Assembly (NCBI GenBank): GCA_964567825.1
Contig: CAZMNX010000003.1
Location: 1 to 56,936 of the forward strand
Length of the DNA stretch: 56,936 bases
Direction: 5' to 3'
DNA from: an uncultured Candidatus Saccharibacteria bacterium
GTDB lineage: Bacteria; Patescibacteriota; Minisyncoccia; Phycocordibacterales; GWA1-40-21
Shown one piece after another: positions 1-7,261 of the stretch. Position 1 is the first letter of the stretch. Every line of letters starts with the position of its first letter. The notes beneath the pieces are model-generated. The model was given only the letters and a program-made list of their open reading frames with translations, ran no database searches and was not told where the DNA came from. The translations under genes and the position numbers were made by a program.

Positions 1-686
1 TTATGTAAATCCCAAAGATAATTTTCAATTTCTTCTCGAATGATCATGCCGTTAGGCTGTAATAGGGGTAGCCCAGCACCAACTAAATCAGAAATGGTAA
101 AGATTTTTAATTCCTTACCAATCTTGCGATGGTCTCTTTTTTTAGCTTCCTCTTGTTGGACTAAATAAGTCTCTAAATCCGCCTTAGTCTCAAACGCTAA
201 GCCGTAAATACGAGTCAACATTTTATTTTTTTCATCACCGCGCCAATAGGCCCCGGCTACTCTTTCCAGTTTAAATGAGCCACTTTCGATTTCTTTCATA
301 TTAGTGACATGGTCACCACCACACAGATCAGTAAAGTCTCCAGAGGTAAAGGTGGTAATTTTTCTCGCTGCTTTATCTTCACTATTTACGATACCGTCTA
401 TTAATTCTAATTTGTAAGAATTGTTTGCAAAAATTTCGCGGGCTTCTTTTTCGGAAATTTCCTTACCTTCAAAAGTTGACCACTTTTTAGAAAGTTCACG
501 CATTTTCTGCTCAATCTTACCCAAATCTTTATCGCTGATCGGTGCGCTGAAATCAAAATCATAGTAAAAACCGTTATCAATCGCTGGGCCAATCGCTAAT
601 TTAGCATCAGGATAGAAACTTAAAACCGCGGCACCAAGGAGATGGGCGAGAGAATGCCTTTTTTGATTGAGATTACTTTTTTCCAT
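1..686 (-). CDS. thrS: threonyl-tRNA synthetase, N-terminal part (continues past window start)
   Basis: Own reverse-strand translation from ATG at 686: MEKSNLNQKRHSLAHLLGAAVLSFYPDAKLAIGPAIDNGFYYDFDF...AGAYWRGDEKNKMLTRIYG...AKKRDHRKIGKELKIF. It aligns with the E. coli ThrRS N2/editing region onward. No TGS domain precedes it. It is absent from the ORF track because it is open at the window edge. Confidence 0.9.
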   Translation of the reverse strand, partial: MEKSNLNQKRHSLAHLLGAAVLSFYPDAKLAIGPAIDNGFYYDFDFSAPISDKDLGKIEQKMRELSKKWSTFEGKEISEKEAREIFANNSYKLELIDGIVNSEDKAARKITTFTSGDFTDLCGGDHVTNMKEIESGSFKLERVAGAYWRGDEKNKMLTRIYGLAFETKADLETYLVQQEEAKKRDHRKIGKELKIFTISDLVGAGLPLLQPNGMIIREEIENYLWDLH

Positions 687-699
687 TTTAGTTTATTAA

Positions 700-886
700 T
701 TAATAAATTATTCTTTATAAAAGAAAACACCCTGGTAAAAATACAACGATTTGTATTCTTACCAGGGCGGGGAATTCGCTTCCTCGTGGTTCCACCTAGT
801 TTCCCGCTTCCGCGGACACTTGAATTATAGATTAGCCAGTTGGTCCCAAGTTTTGGGATGGTGATCGGTAGTCACCACAATCTCTA
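700..886 (-). promoter_or_regulatory. T-box leader (tRNA-sensing attenuator) upstream of thrS
   Basis: The reverse strand reads AAACTAGGTGGAACCACGAGG (plus 783-803), matching the conserved T-box sequence. A long terminator hairpin follows directly. The upstream stem region contains gACUACCg with Thr codons. Confidence 0.7.
716..767 (-). terminator. intrinsic terminator of the thrS T-box leader
   Basis: Reverse strand: CCCTGGTAAgaATACAA-atcg-TTGTATttTTACCAGGG followed by TGTTTTCTTTT. Confidence 0.7.
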
Positions 887-927
887 TATATAGTATATGA
901 TAGTTGATGCAGCTTTTTTGTCAAATA

Positions 928-936
928 TGTTATAAT
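928..936 (+). promoter_or_regulatory. extended -10 promoter TGTTATAAT for the FMN-bind/apbE operon
   Basis: TGnTATAAT match 27 nt upstream of the ATG at 964. Confidence 0.5.
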
Positions 937-963
937 TGCATCTAAATTAATTTTAAAAATTAT

Positions 964-1374
964 ATGAAAAAATATATAATCTCAGCGATTGTAATTATTG
1001 CCATTATTGCTTACGTTTTTTATTTAAAAATGTCTGATAGTAATCCGGCAGTTGTTGATTCAACTCCCGCTCCAGTAAATAGCCGCGCACAATATAAAGA
1101 TGGCATCTATACTGGCCAAGACATTAAGTTTTTGTATGGTAATATGCAGGTTCAGGCGACCGTTACTGGCGGTAAATTAGCCGACGTTTCTTTGTTAGTT
1201 TATCCTAATGATAATCGCACCTCGGCGCAGATAAACGAAACAGCCTTGCCGGTTTGGCGTACCGAGGTAGTAACGACTCAACAAACTAAAGTAAATGTTA
1301 TTTCTGGAGCCACTGATTCGGGTGTGGCTTTTACTAAATCACTTGAATCGGCCCTATCTCAAGCAAACTCCTAA
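964..1374 (+). CDS. membrane-anchored FMN-binding domain protein (probable ApbE flavinylation substrate)
   Basis: N-terminal TM helix IISAIVIIAIIAYVFYL. FMN_bind-like domain carrying the flavinylation motif VISGATDSG (SGAT). Confidence 0.8.
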   Translation: MKKYIISAIVIIAIIAYVFYLKMSDSNPAVVDSTPAPVNSRAQYKDGIYTGQDIKFLYGNMQVQATVTGGKLADVSLLVYPNDNRTSAQINETALPVWRTEVVTTQQTKVNVISGATDSGVAFTKSLESALSQANS

Positions 1375-1381
1375 ATCGAGA

Positions 1382-2137
1382 ATGAAACAAACTAAAATTA
1401 TGATGGGGATGACGATTAATGTAGAAATCGTTGATCCACAAGTGAAGCAATCGGATCTAGATCGCGTTTATGCTTATTTTGATTATGTAGATAAAAAGTT
1501 CAGCCCCTATAAACCAGACAGTGAGCTGATGAAAATTAATCGCGGTGAAATTTCCAAATCCGAATACAGTCCCGATATGGTAGAGATTTTAAAATTAGCG
1601 GAACAAACAAAACAAGAGACAAATGGTTTTTTTAACGTGGTGAATCGCCGCGGCGCGCTGAACCCTTCTGGTATTGTGAAAGGTTGGGCAATTCATCAAG
1701 CCGCCCAAATTTTATGGCGTTCGGGTTTGAATAATTTTTATGTTGATGCTGGGGGCGACATACAGTTTTCTGGTAAAAACGCCGACGGAGAACTTTGGGC
1801 GACGGGGATTCGTAGTCCCTTTAAACCCGACACAGAAATCGTAAAAGTTTTGAGTATCGGTGACAATAAAGGCATAGCTACTTCTGGCACCTATGCTCGT
1901 GGCCAGCATGTGTATAATCCGCATAATAAAAACGAAACTTTCAATGATATAATCAGTTTTACGGTCGTCGGCCCAAATGTCTATGAAGCCGACCGTTTTG
2001 CCACTGCCGTTTTCGCCATGGGCCGAGCCGGTTTACCGTTTATTGAAAATTTGCCGGGCCTCGAAGGCTATATGATTGATTCGCAGGGTGTCGCTACGAT
2101 GACGAGTGATTTTGAGCAATATGTTAAAAATAATTGA
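1382..2137 (+). CDS. apbE: FAD:protein FMN transferase (ApbE family)
   Basis: ApbE-like sequence (MGMTINVEIVD..., GIVKGWA, GDIQFSG, GIATSGTY.RG). I chose the ATG at 1382, 8 nt after the upstream stop, rather than the ORF-track start at 1295, which overlaps the previous gene. Confidence 0.85.
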   Translation: MKQTKIMMGMTINVEIVDPQVKQSDLDRVYAYFDYVDKKFSPYKPDSELMKINRGEISKSEYSPDMVEILKLAEQTKQETNGFFNVVNRRGALNPSGIVKGWAIHQAAQILWRSGLNNFYVDAGGDIQFSGKNADGELWATGIRSPFKPDTEIVKVLSIGDNKGIATSGTYARGQHVYNPHNKNETFNDIISFTVVGPNVYEADRFATAVFAMGRAGLPFIENLPGLEGYMIDSQGVATMTSDFEQYVKNN

Positions 2138-3629
2138 TAATTTTCTAAATAAAATCACGATGTACCGATTAGTTTTGTATTATCTAATCGTTATTTTGCT
2201 TGCCGCTTTCGGGCTAAGTTTTTTTGGTTTTTTTGTTTTTGGTCCGTGGGCCTTGGTAATTTCTACACTGGTTATTCTAGTCGTTTGTTGGTTAACCAAC
2301 TTTATTTTTGCTTGGGCCTTTAGGGTACCGACTAACGCCGAATCAGTTTATATCACAGCCTTAATTTTGGTTTGTATTGTGAGCCCGACCGCCTCTTTTT
2401 CCCTGATGATTTGGGCTTCGGTTTTAGCCATGGCTTCTAAATACATCTTGGCAATTAAAAAGAAGCATCTATTTAATCCGGCCGCAATTGCTGTCGTTTT
2501 GACCGCATATATTTTTAATCAATCTGCCAATTGGTGGGTGGGGACTTTGTCTTTGACTCCAATTGTCATTTTAGGTGGACTATTATTAACTAGAAAATTA
2601 ATCCGCTTTGATTTAGTTTTAAGTTTTCTTATTGTCGCTATTTTAACTATCGTTACTCCATACTTGGGAAACTTTACGGATTCACTGAACATTATTTCTA
2701 CCGTCTTCTTCCACACTTCTTTCTTTTTCTTTGCTTTTGTTATGTTAACTGAGCCTCTAACCTCGCCACCAACACGTTATTTGCGAATTGTGTACGGAGT
2801 TATTGTTGGTTTGTTGTTTTCGCCAGCGGTCCATCTTGGTTCAGTTTATTCAACACCAGAATTGGCTTTGATTATCGGTAACCTTTTTGTTTATTTGGTT
2901 AGTCCGAAGCAGAGATTGGTCCTGACCTTGAAAAAGAAAATTCAAAGCGCTAAAGATATTGTTGATTTTATTTTCATTCCTGATCAAAAATTACAATTCA
3001 CGGCCGGCCAATATATGGAATGGACGATTGATCCTAAGGGGGCCGATAGCCGCGGTAATCGTCGTTACTTGACTATTGCTTCATCACCAACGGAAGAGGT
3101 AATTGCGATTGGTGTGCGATTTCCAGAAACACCCAGTACCTTCAAGCAAAGATTATTGGAATTAAAACCAGGGGACAAGATTATTGCCTCGCAGCTCGCC
3201 GGCGATTTCACTTTGCCTAAATATAATTCAAACGGTGAAAATAAGAAAATAGTTTTGGTAGCGGGTGGCATCGGCATCACCCCATATTATAGTATGATCA
3301 AAAATACGATTGATCGAAATGAAAAACGCGATATAGTTTTGCTTTATTCAAATAAACTTTCCACGGACGCTATTTATCAATTTTTATGGGATGAAGCCAA
3401 AGAAAAAATTGGTCTTAAAAATATTCAGGCGGTGACGGATAAAGCTGATCCTAAATATACTGGTCGGATTACCCCTGAACTTATTAAACAAGAAATTCCG
3501 GATTTTATGCATCGTTATTTCTATCTTTCTGGTCCACACGCTTTGGTTATTGGTTTTGAAGAGACTTTAAAGTCACTAGGTGTAAAACGTTCGCATATTA
3601 AGACCGACTTTTTTCCGGGGTTTGTTTAA
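2121..3629 (+). CDS. polytopic RnfD/NqrB-like membrane domain fused to an FNR-type FAD/NAD(P)-binding reductase domain
   Basis: The N-terminal half is multi-TM with an MLTEPLTSPPT motif (RnfD/NqrB-like). The C-terminal half has RRYLTIASSP (RxYS FAD motif) and VAGGIGITP (NAD motif). The start is ambiguous between GTG 2106, ATG 2121 and ATG 2160. Confidence 0.8.
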   Translation: MLKIIDNFLNKITMYRLVLYYLIVILLAAFGLSFFGFFVFGPWALVISTLVILVVCWLTNFIFAWAFRVPTNAESVYITALILVCIVSPTASFSLMIWASVLAMASKYILAIKKKHLFNPAAIAVVLTAYIFNQSANWWVGTLSLTPIVILGGLLLTRKLIRFDLVLSFLIVAILTIVTPYLGNFTDSLNIISTVFFHTSFFFFAFVMLTEPLTSPPTRYLRIVYGVIVGLLFSPAVHLGSVYSTPELALIIGNLFVYLVSPKQRLVLTLKKKIQSAKDIVDFIFIPDQKLQFTAGQYMEWTIDPKGADSRGNRRYLTIASSPTEEVIAIGVRFPETPSTFKQRLLELKPGDKIIASQLAGDFTLPKYNSNGENKKIVLVAGGIGITPYYSMIKNTIDRNEKRDIVLLYSNKLSTDAIYQFLWDEAKEKIGLKNIQAVTDKADPKYTGRITPELIKQEIPDFMHRYFYLSGPHALVIGFEETLKSLGVKRSHIKTDFFPGFV

Positions 3630-3630
3630 A

Positions 3631-3659
3631 TTGACGTCTAAGTATTTTTACTCTAGTAT
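3631..3659 (+). promoter_or_regulatory. sigma70-like promoter TTGACG-17-TAGTAT (island 1, gene a)
   Basis: -35 at 3631-3636 and -10 at 3654-3659, directly after the stop of the upstream gene. The leader is about 40 nt with CTGGAG before GTG 3703. Confidence 0.45.
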
Positions 3660-3702
3660 TAAATTTGGCTATTAGTCCTTCAACACTAACTGGAGTACAG
3701 CA

Positions 3703-4167
3703 GTGCAAAACACAGATCTTCCGTCGGTTGAAGCTTTCATCCACAGTCCGTGGAAGAAGCATGTCACGTTCGTTAAGCCTCAGGTGCGGGTGTGGAAGCC
3801 GGGTGTAGACTTTCCGGTGGGGATCGGTGGCCATGCCGTGCGAACGTTCCAAATGAACGGGGGACAGGCTACGCCATTTCACGTTCATGAGCGCCGCAAC
3901 AAGCTTTACGCTGTGTTGCGTACATTCGGCACGGTCGAGCTCACCATGATTCACGAGGGTCAAGTTGTCAATCATCTGCTGAGCCATCTCAAGCCGTTCT
4001 GCATGGTGCCGCCTGGCTGCCCGCACTTCCTGGTTTGTTTGCCGGTGAACAAGCCGCAGGAGTTCTGCGATCTCGCCGTCATCACGTCTAACCACGAAGA
4101 TAGCGATATCATCTGGGAAGCGGCAGCCGACGAGCTGGTGAGTCGCGTCAAGACGCCCGGTGTCTAG
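3703..4167 (+). CDS. cupin-fold protein, family unassigned (high-GC island 1)
   Basis: Partial cupin motifs: GGQATPFHVHERRNKLYAVLRTFGTVEL and MVPPGCPHFLV. Third codon positions are G/C rich. GTG start. Confidence 0.6.
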   Translation: MQNTDLPSVEAFIHSPWKKHVTFVKPQVRVWKPGVDFPVGIGGHAVRTFQMNGGQATPFHVHERRNKLYAVLRTFGTVELTMIHEGQVVNHLLSHLKPFCMVPPGCPHFLVCLPVNKPQEFCDLAVITSNHEDSDIIWEAAADELVSRVKTPGV

Positions 4168-4202
4168 TGCGCGCCACTTTAACCTCGAGTTCGGTGTAAT
4201 CA

Positions 4203-4238
4203 AGAGTCGGTTTTCCCCCACGGGAGAGCCGGCTCTTT
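4203..4238 (+). terminator. hairpin terminator between island-1 genes
   Basis: AGAGTCGG...CCGGCTCT stem (one G-U pair) followed by TTTAACTTT. Confidence 0.45.
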
Positions 4239-4257
4239 AACTTTAAAAATTATTTTA

Positions 4258-4286
4258 TTGACTTCTATGTCAAAAGCCTGTATAAT
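4258..4286 (+). promoter_or_regulatory. near-consensus sigma70 promoter TTGACT-17-TATAAT (island 1, gene b)
   Basis: It lies in an AT-rich 80-nt spacer. AGGGAGG sits 6 nt before the ATG at 4329. Confidence 0.6.
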
Positions 4287-4328
4287 CATAAAAGAGTTTG
4301 CTGTGCAGTAGTTCTTAGGGAGGACAGC

Positions 4329-4787
4329 ATGAAAACGGAAAGTTGTAAGGGTCTGACGGGAGCGGAGGTGGTGAAGCTGGGGTCGCTCTTTCTTCTCGCT
4401 TGTGTGATTGTTTTGGTCACCGTGCATTCGATGAACAATGGCAAGGGTGACCGCTACGTCGCCCCGCTCGAGGACATTCGACTGACCATGATGACGACGA
4501 ATGGCGTGACCGAAATCGGCTGGGTGCCCATGATCAGCCGGAGCTACGATCCGCTCTGCGGCGTCACGCACGTGGTGATCTCCATGGGCGCCACCAACGA
4601 TTCGAGGTTCTACCAGACGGCCAGGGTGTCCAGTCAGCGTAGCGGTTCTGTCGTTGTCACGCCGTTCTGGCGGGAGAATCACGAGAAGGGCTATATCGAA
4701 GTTTACGCCTACACTCGTGCCTTCCAAGGCCGGTCCGAGTTCTTCATCATGCAGGACGGCCTCGTCTACCGTGACGACCAGAAGTAG
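4329..4787 (+). CDS. N-terminally membrane-anchored hypothetical protein (high-GC island 1)
   Basis: Strong SD (AGGGAGG). TM segment LGSLFLLACVIVLVTV. No family recognised; the C-terminus EFFIMQDGLVYRDD faintly resembles DUF2950-type ends. Confidence 0.6.
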   Translation: MKTESCKGLTGAEVVKLGSLFLLACVIVLVTVHSMNNGKGDRYVAPLEDIRLTMMTTNGVTEIGWVPMISRSYDPLCGVTHVVISMGATNDSRFYQTARVSSQRSGSVVVTPFWRENHEKGYIEVYAYTRAFQGRSEFFIMQDGLVYRDDQK

Positions 4788-4811
4788 TTCTTGCGCGTCG
4801 CTTTACGCGAC

Positions 4812-4860
4812 AAAAAAGCCCCAATCAAACCCAGGCCTGGGTGCGATCGGGGCTTTTTCC
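4812..4860 (+). terminator. intrinsic terminator closing island 1
   Basis: AAGCCCCaATC...GATCGGGGCTT stem with an inner CCCAGGCCTGGG palindrome, followed by a TTTTT run. Confidence 0.6.
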
Positions 4861-4880
4861 TTTCTTGATTATTTAAAATC

Positions 4881-4889
4881 TGTTACAGT
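4881..4889 (+). promoter_or_regulatory. extended -10 TGTTACAGT, 9 nt before ATG (leaderless-type)
   Basis: TGn + TACAGT, a 9-nt gap, then the ATG at 4899. No SD. Confidence 0.45.
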
Positions 4890-4898
4890 TATTAAACT

Positions 4899-5237
4899 AT
4901 GCGTGTCTGGGATATACATCCAAAACATTTATGTCGGAAACATTTGCTGGCCGAGCATCGCGAGCTCCACGGCCTATGGAATATTTTGACTAAACATAAA
5001 GGCCAAGGTGGTTATTCCCATCACCCGGAAACTTTACGTTGGGTGGGGAAGACTCGCGCTCTTTTTGATCGGCATGAACTGTTGGTTAAAGAATTTATAC
5101 GTCGTGGTTACAATCACCACACTCCGCTTGATAAGCGTTTGGCTAAGGGTCGCGGTGGTCAAACTGTTTTTCTCAATACTCTTAAAGAACAAAAAGTGAT
5201 TCTCAAAAACAAACTCTGCGAGTGTTTACTTGATTAG
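4899..5237 (+). CDS. pyrimidine dimer DNA glycosylase / endonuclease V-like protein
   Basis: The N-terminus MRVWDIHPKHLCRKHLLAEHRELHGLWNIL is typical of the Pyr_excise family. Confidence 0.7.
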   Translation: MRVWDIHPKHLCRKHLLAEHRELHGLWNILTKHKGQGGYSHHPETLRWVGKTRALFDRHELLVKEFIRRGYNHHTPLDKRLAKGRGGQTVFLNTLKEQKVILKNKLCECLLD

Positions 5238-5263
5238 GACTAGTGGCCCCGATAATAAATTTT

Positions 5264-5272
5264 TGTTACACT
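5264..5272 (+). promoter_or_regulatory. extended -10 TGTTACACT, 7 nt before ATG (leaderless-type)
   Basis: TGn + TACACT, a 7-nt gap, then the ATG at 5280. Confidence 0.45.
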
Positions 5273-5279
5273 ATTAATA

Positions 5280-5660
5280 ATGAATAAACTTGATACAGAA
5301 AAAGAATTTTCGGTTATTAAAAGAGCCAAAAGTGTCGTTTACGCCAGTCGGGGAGTTTACGTTTTTTTAAAAACCACACCGAATGCCTGGATTCAGATTT
5401 TTGTGATAGTTTTGGTTGCTTTATTCGGTTTTTATCTCCGAATAAACAGCACGGACTGGCTCTCACTCATTATTGTTTGTGGTTTCGTTTTGGCCGCTGA
5501 AGCTTTCAATACAGCAATTGAGATTGATATCGATTTAACTTCACCCAATTATCATCCCTATGCTAGAGACACAAAAGACGTGGCCGCCGGTGCGGTTTTG
5601 ATTTCGGCCATTACGGCGATAATTGTCGGTATAATAGTTTTTGGTAAGTATTTGGTATAG
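5280..5660 (+). CDS. dgkA: diacylglycerol/undecaprenol kinase (DgkA family)
   Basis: Three TM segments. Motifs AAEAFNTAIE and ARDTKDVAAGAVL. Confidence 0.85.
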   Translation: MNKLDTEKEFSVIKRAKSVVYASRGVYVFLKTTPNAWIQIFVIVLVALFGFYLRINSTDWLSLIIVCGFVLAAEAFNTAIEIDIDLTSPNYHPYARDTKDVAAGAVLISAITAIIVGIIVFGKYLV

Positions 5661-5737
5661 GTCTTTTCCTTCCCTAAGGACAGATTTTCATGATAATGCT
5701 AGAATAGATACAGTTTATTATTTTAATTTATAATTTT

Positions 5738-6484
5738 ATGTATACAGTTTTAGGTATCATTATTTTTATTGCGGTCATAAGCATTCGTCAGATCAACCAA
5801 TATCAAAGAGGGGTGAAATTTACGCTCGGTAAATTTACTTCCGTGATGGAACCAGGTTGGAGACTCGTCCTGCCTATTATTCAAAGTTATCAAAAGGTGG
5901 ATGTTCGAATCAAAGCCGTAGATGTGCCTGATCAAAACGCCATCACTCGCGACAATGTGACAGTTAAAGTGAACGCTGTGATTTACTACAAAGTAAGCGA
6001 TGCGCAAAGGGCGATCATCGAAGTGGAAGATTTTCGTTATGCTATTTCCCAATATGCTCAGACGACGATGCGAAATATTGTGGGAGAAGTTACGCTTGAT
6101 GAATTGCTATCGAGCCGCGATAAGATTGCGGATAGAATCAGAGAAATTGTCGACAAAGAAACTGTGGCTTGGGGCCTTAAGGTGCAGAATGTGGAACTAA
6201 AGGATGTCAGTTTACCAGCTGACATGGAAAGAACAATCGGTAAGCAAGCTGAAGCGGAACGAGAAAAAAGGGCGGTCATCATCAATTCTGAAGGTGAGCT
6301 CGCGGCATCTGAAAATATTTCAAAAGCAGCCGAGATGCTATCTCGTACACCAGGCGCACTTCATTTGCGAACTCTGCAATCAATAAATGATATGGCTTCA
6401 GATCAAAGCAACACCGTGGTTTACATGGTTCCTGTGGAGGCCTTGAAAGCCCTCGAGGGTTTCGGCAACTTGATTAAGAAATAA
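5738..6484 (+). CDS. SPFH/band 7 (stomatin-like) membrane protein
   Basis: N-terminal TM segment, then a stomatin-like core (RIKAVDVPDQNAITRDNVTVKVNAVIYYKV...ELKDVSLP). Confidence 0.9.
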   Translation: MYTVLGIIIFIAVISIRQINQYQRGVKFTLGKFTSVMEPGWRLVLPIIQSYQKVDVRIKAVDVPDQNAITRDNVTVKVNAVIYYKVSDAQRAIIEVEDFRYAISQYAQTTMRNIVGEVTLDELLSSRDKIADRIREIVDKETVAWGLKVQNVELKDVSLPADMERTIGKQAEAEREKRAVIINSEGELAASENISKAAEMLSRTPGALHLRTLQSINDMASDQSNTVVYMVPVEALKALEGFGNLIKK

Positions 6485-6491
6485 ACGAAAG

Positions 6492-6497
6492 TAGAAT
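6492..6497 (+). promoter_or_regulatory. -10 box TAGAAT, 6 nt before ATG (leaderless-type)
   Basis: TAGAAT, aatcct, then the ATG at 6504. Confidence 0.35.
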
Positions 6498-6503
6498 AAT
6501 CCT

Positions 6504-6686
6504 ATGGACGAAATTAAAAATGAAAAGTGTGAGCATATAAATTTTGAACGGGAGGGGCTATGGGATGGAGTGAGTAAAGAGGGGAAGCCGATTGGTGGGC
6601 CGGAGATTCTTTGCTTGGATTGCCGACAGAAAGTGTGCCTGACTTGGGAAGAATTCAAAAGCGTAAGGCGCAACGAGTCGCGCTAG
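6504..6686 (+). CDS. small Cys/His-containing hypothetical protein (possible zinc ribbon)
   Basis: 60-aa ORF with CEH...CLDCRQKVC. A backbone-style -10 box sits 6 nt upstream. No family recognised. Confidence 0.4.
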   Translation: MDEIKNEKCEHINFEREGLWDGVSKEGKPIGGPEILCLDCRQKVCLTWEEFKSVRRNESR

Positions 6687-6709
6687 GGTAGTAAATTATT
6701 GACACTAAT

Positions 6710-6718
6710 TTATCCACA
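6710..6718 (+). promoter_or_regulatory. perfect DnaA-box consensus TTATCCACA
   Basis: Exact 9-mer in the intergenic region upstream of the MazF-like gene. Confidence 0.5.
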
Positions 6719-6748
6719 CATTGGCTGGTGTGGGGGCACTTTTTGGCG

Positions 6749-6757
6749 TGGTAGAAT
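6749..6757 (+). promoter_or_regulatory. extended -10 TGGTAGAAT, 8 nt before GTG (leaderless-type)
   Basis: TGn + TAGAAT, gggccgcc, then the GTG at 6766. Confidence 0.4.
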
Positions 6758-6765
6758 GGGCCGCC

Positions 6766-7191
6766 GTGAAAAATGACTTTGATCTATGGAACGAAGAGAA
6801 GAAAATTTTGAATAAGAATAAGAGGGACTTACTTTTTAAAGAGGGCGAGATCTGGTGGTGTTCGGTTGGCTTGAATGTAGGCGAGGAAGTCTATGGTAAG
6901 GGGAAATATTTTCGGAGACCAGTGATTATTTTAAAAAAGTTGTCACATAATTCTTGTGTGGTGATACCAACTACCACTCAGCCCAGACTAGGAACCTGGT
7001 ACCATCATTTAAACGTAATCGGAAAAGATCGCTGGGCTATGATGCATCAAATAAAGTTTATTTCAGCTAATAGGTTACACACTAGAGAGTCAGTCTTATT
7101 TCCAAATGAATTTTTTGAATTGAAAAAGTCCGTAGCGGTATTGCTCGGACTTAATCTTTGGTCACCGAGCGATGCTCGGATCAGTGGGTAA
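6766..7191 (+). CDS. PemK/MazF-family toxin-like protein
   Basis: GEIWWCSVGLNVGEEVYGKGKYFRRPVIILKK...CVVIPTTT matches the MazF/PemK fold signature. The start could be TTG 6721 or GTG 6766. Confidence 0.65.
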   Translation: MKNDFDLWNEEKKILNKNKRDLLFKEGEIWWCSVGLNVGEEVYGKGKYFRRPVIILKKLSHNSCVVIPTTTQPRLGTWYHHLNVIGKDRWAMMHQIKFISANRLHTRESVLFPNEFFELKKSVAVLLGLNLWSPSDARISG

Positions 7192-7246
7192 TCCCAAATG
7201 TAGTTACAGTATAGTTCCAGAAAATAGAGAAGTCAATCTGCTTAAG

Positions 7247-7255
7247 TGTGGATAA
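7247..7255 (-). promoter_or_regulatory. perfect DnaA-box consensus (TGTGGATAA on plus strand)
   Basis: Exact 9-mer in the 70-nt gap between the convergent MazF-like gene and dnaE. It overlaps the palindrome TAAAACGTTTTA. Confidence 0.45.
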
Positions 7256-7261
7256 AACGTT

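Noticed and set aside
642-830. 62-aa plus-strand ORF, and the 407-592 minus-strand ORF.
   Set aside because: The first overlaps the thrS start and the T-box leader and terminator. The second is an out-of-frame ORF inside thrS.
1295-1381. N-terminal extensions suggested by the ORF track for apbE (1295), the second methyltransferase (13206) and typA (50940).
   Set aside because: The extensions overlap upstream genes or promoters, and homologous N-termini begin at the internal ATGs (1382, 13083 and 50883).
3598-4727. Long minus-strand ORFs (3598-4221 and 4200-4727) across island 1.
   Set aside because: High GC suppresses stop codons in all frames. These ORFs are rich in R, H and P, run through the promoter/terminator spacer, and lie antisense to ORFs that have an SD, a cupin motif and a TM helix.
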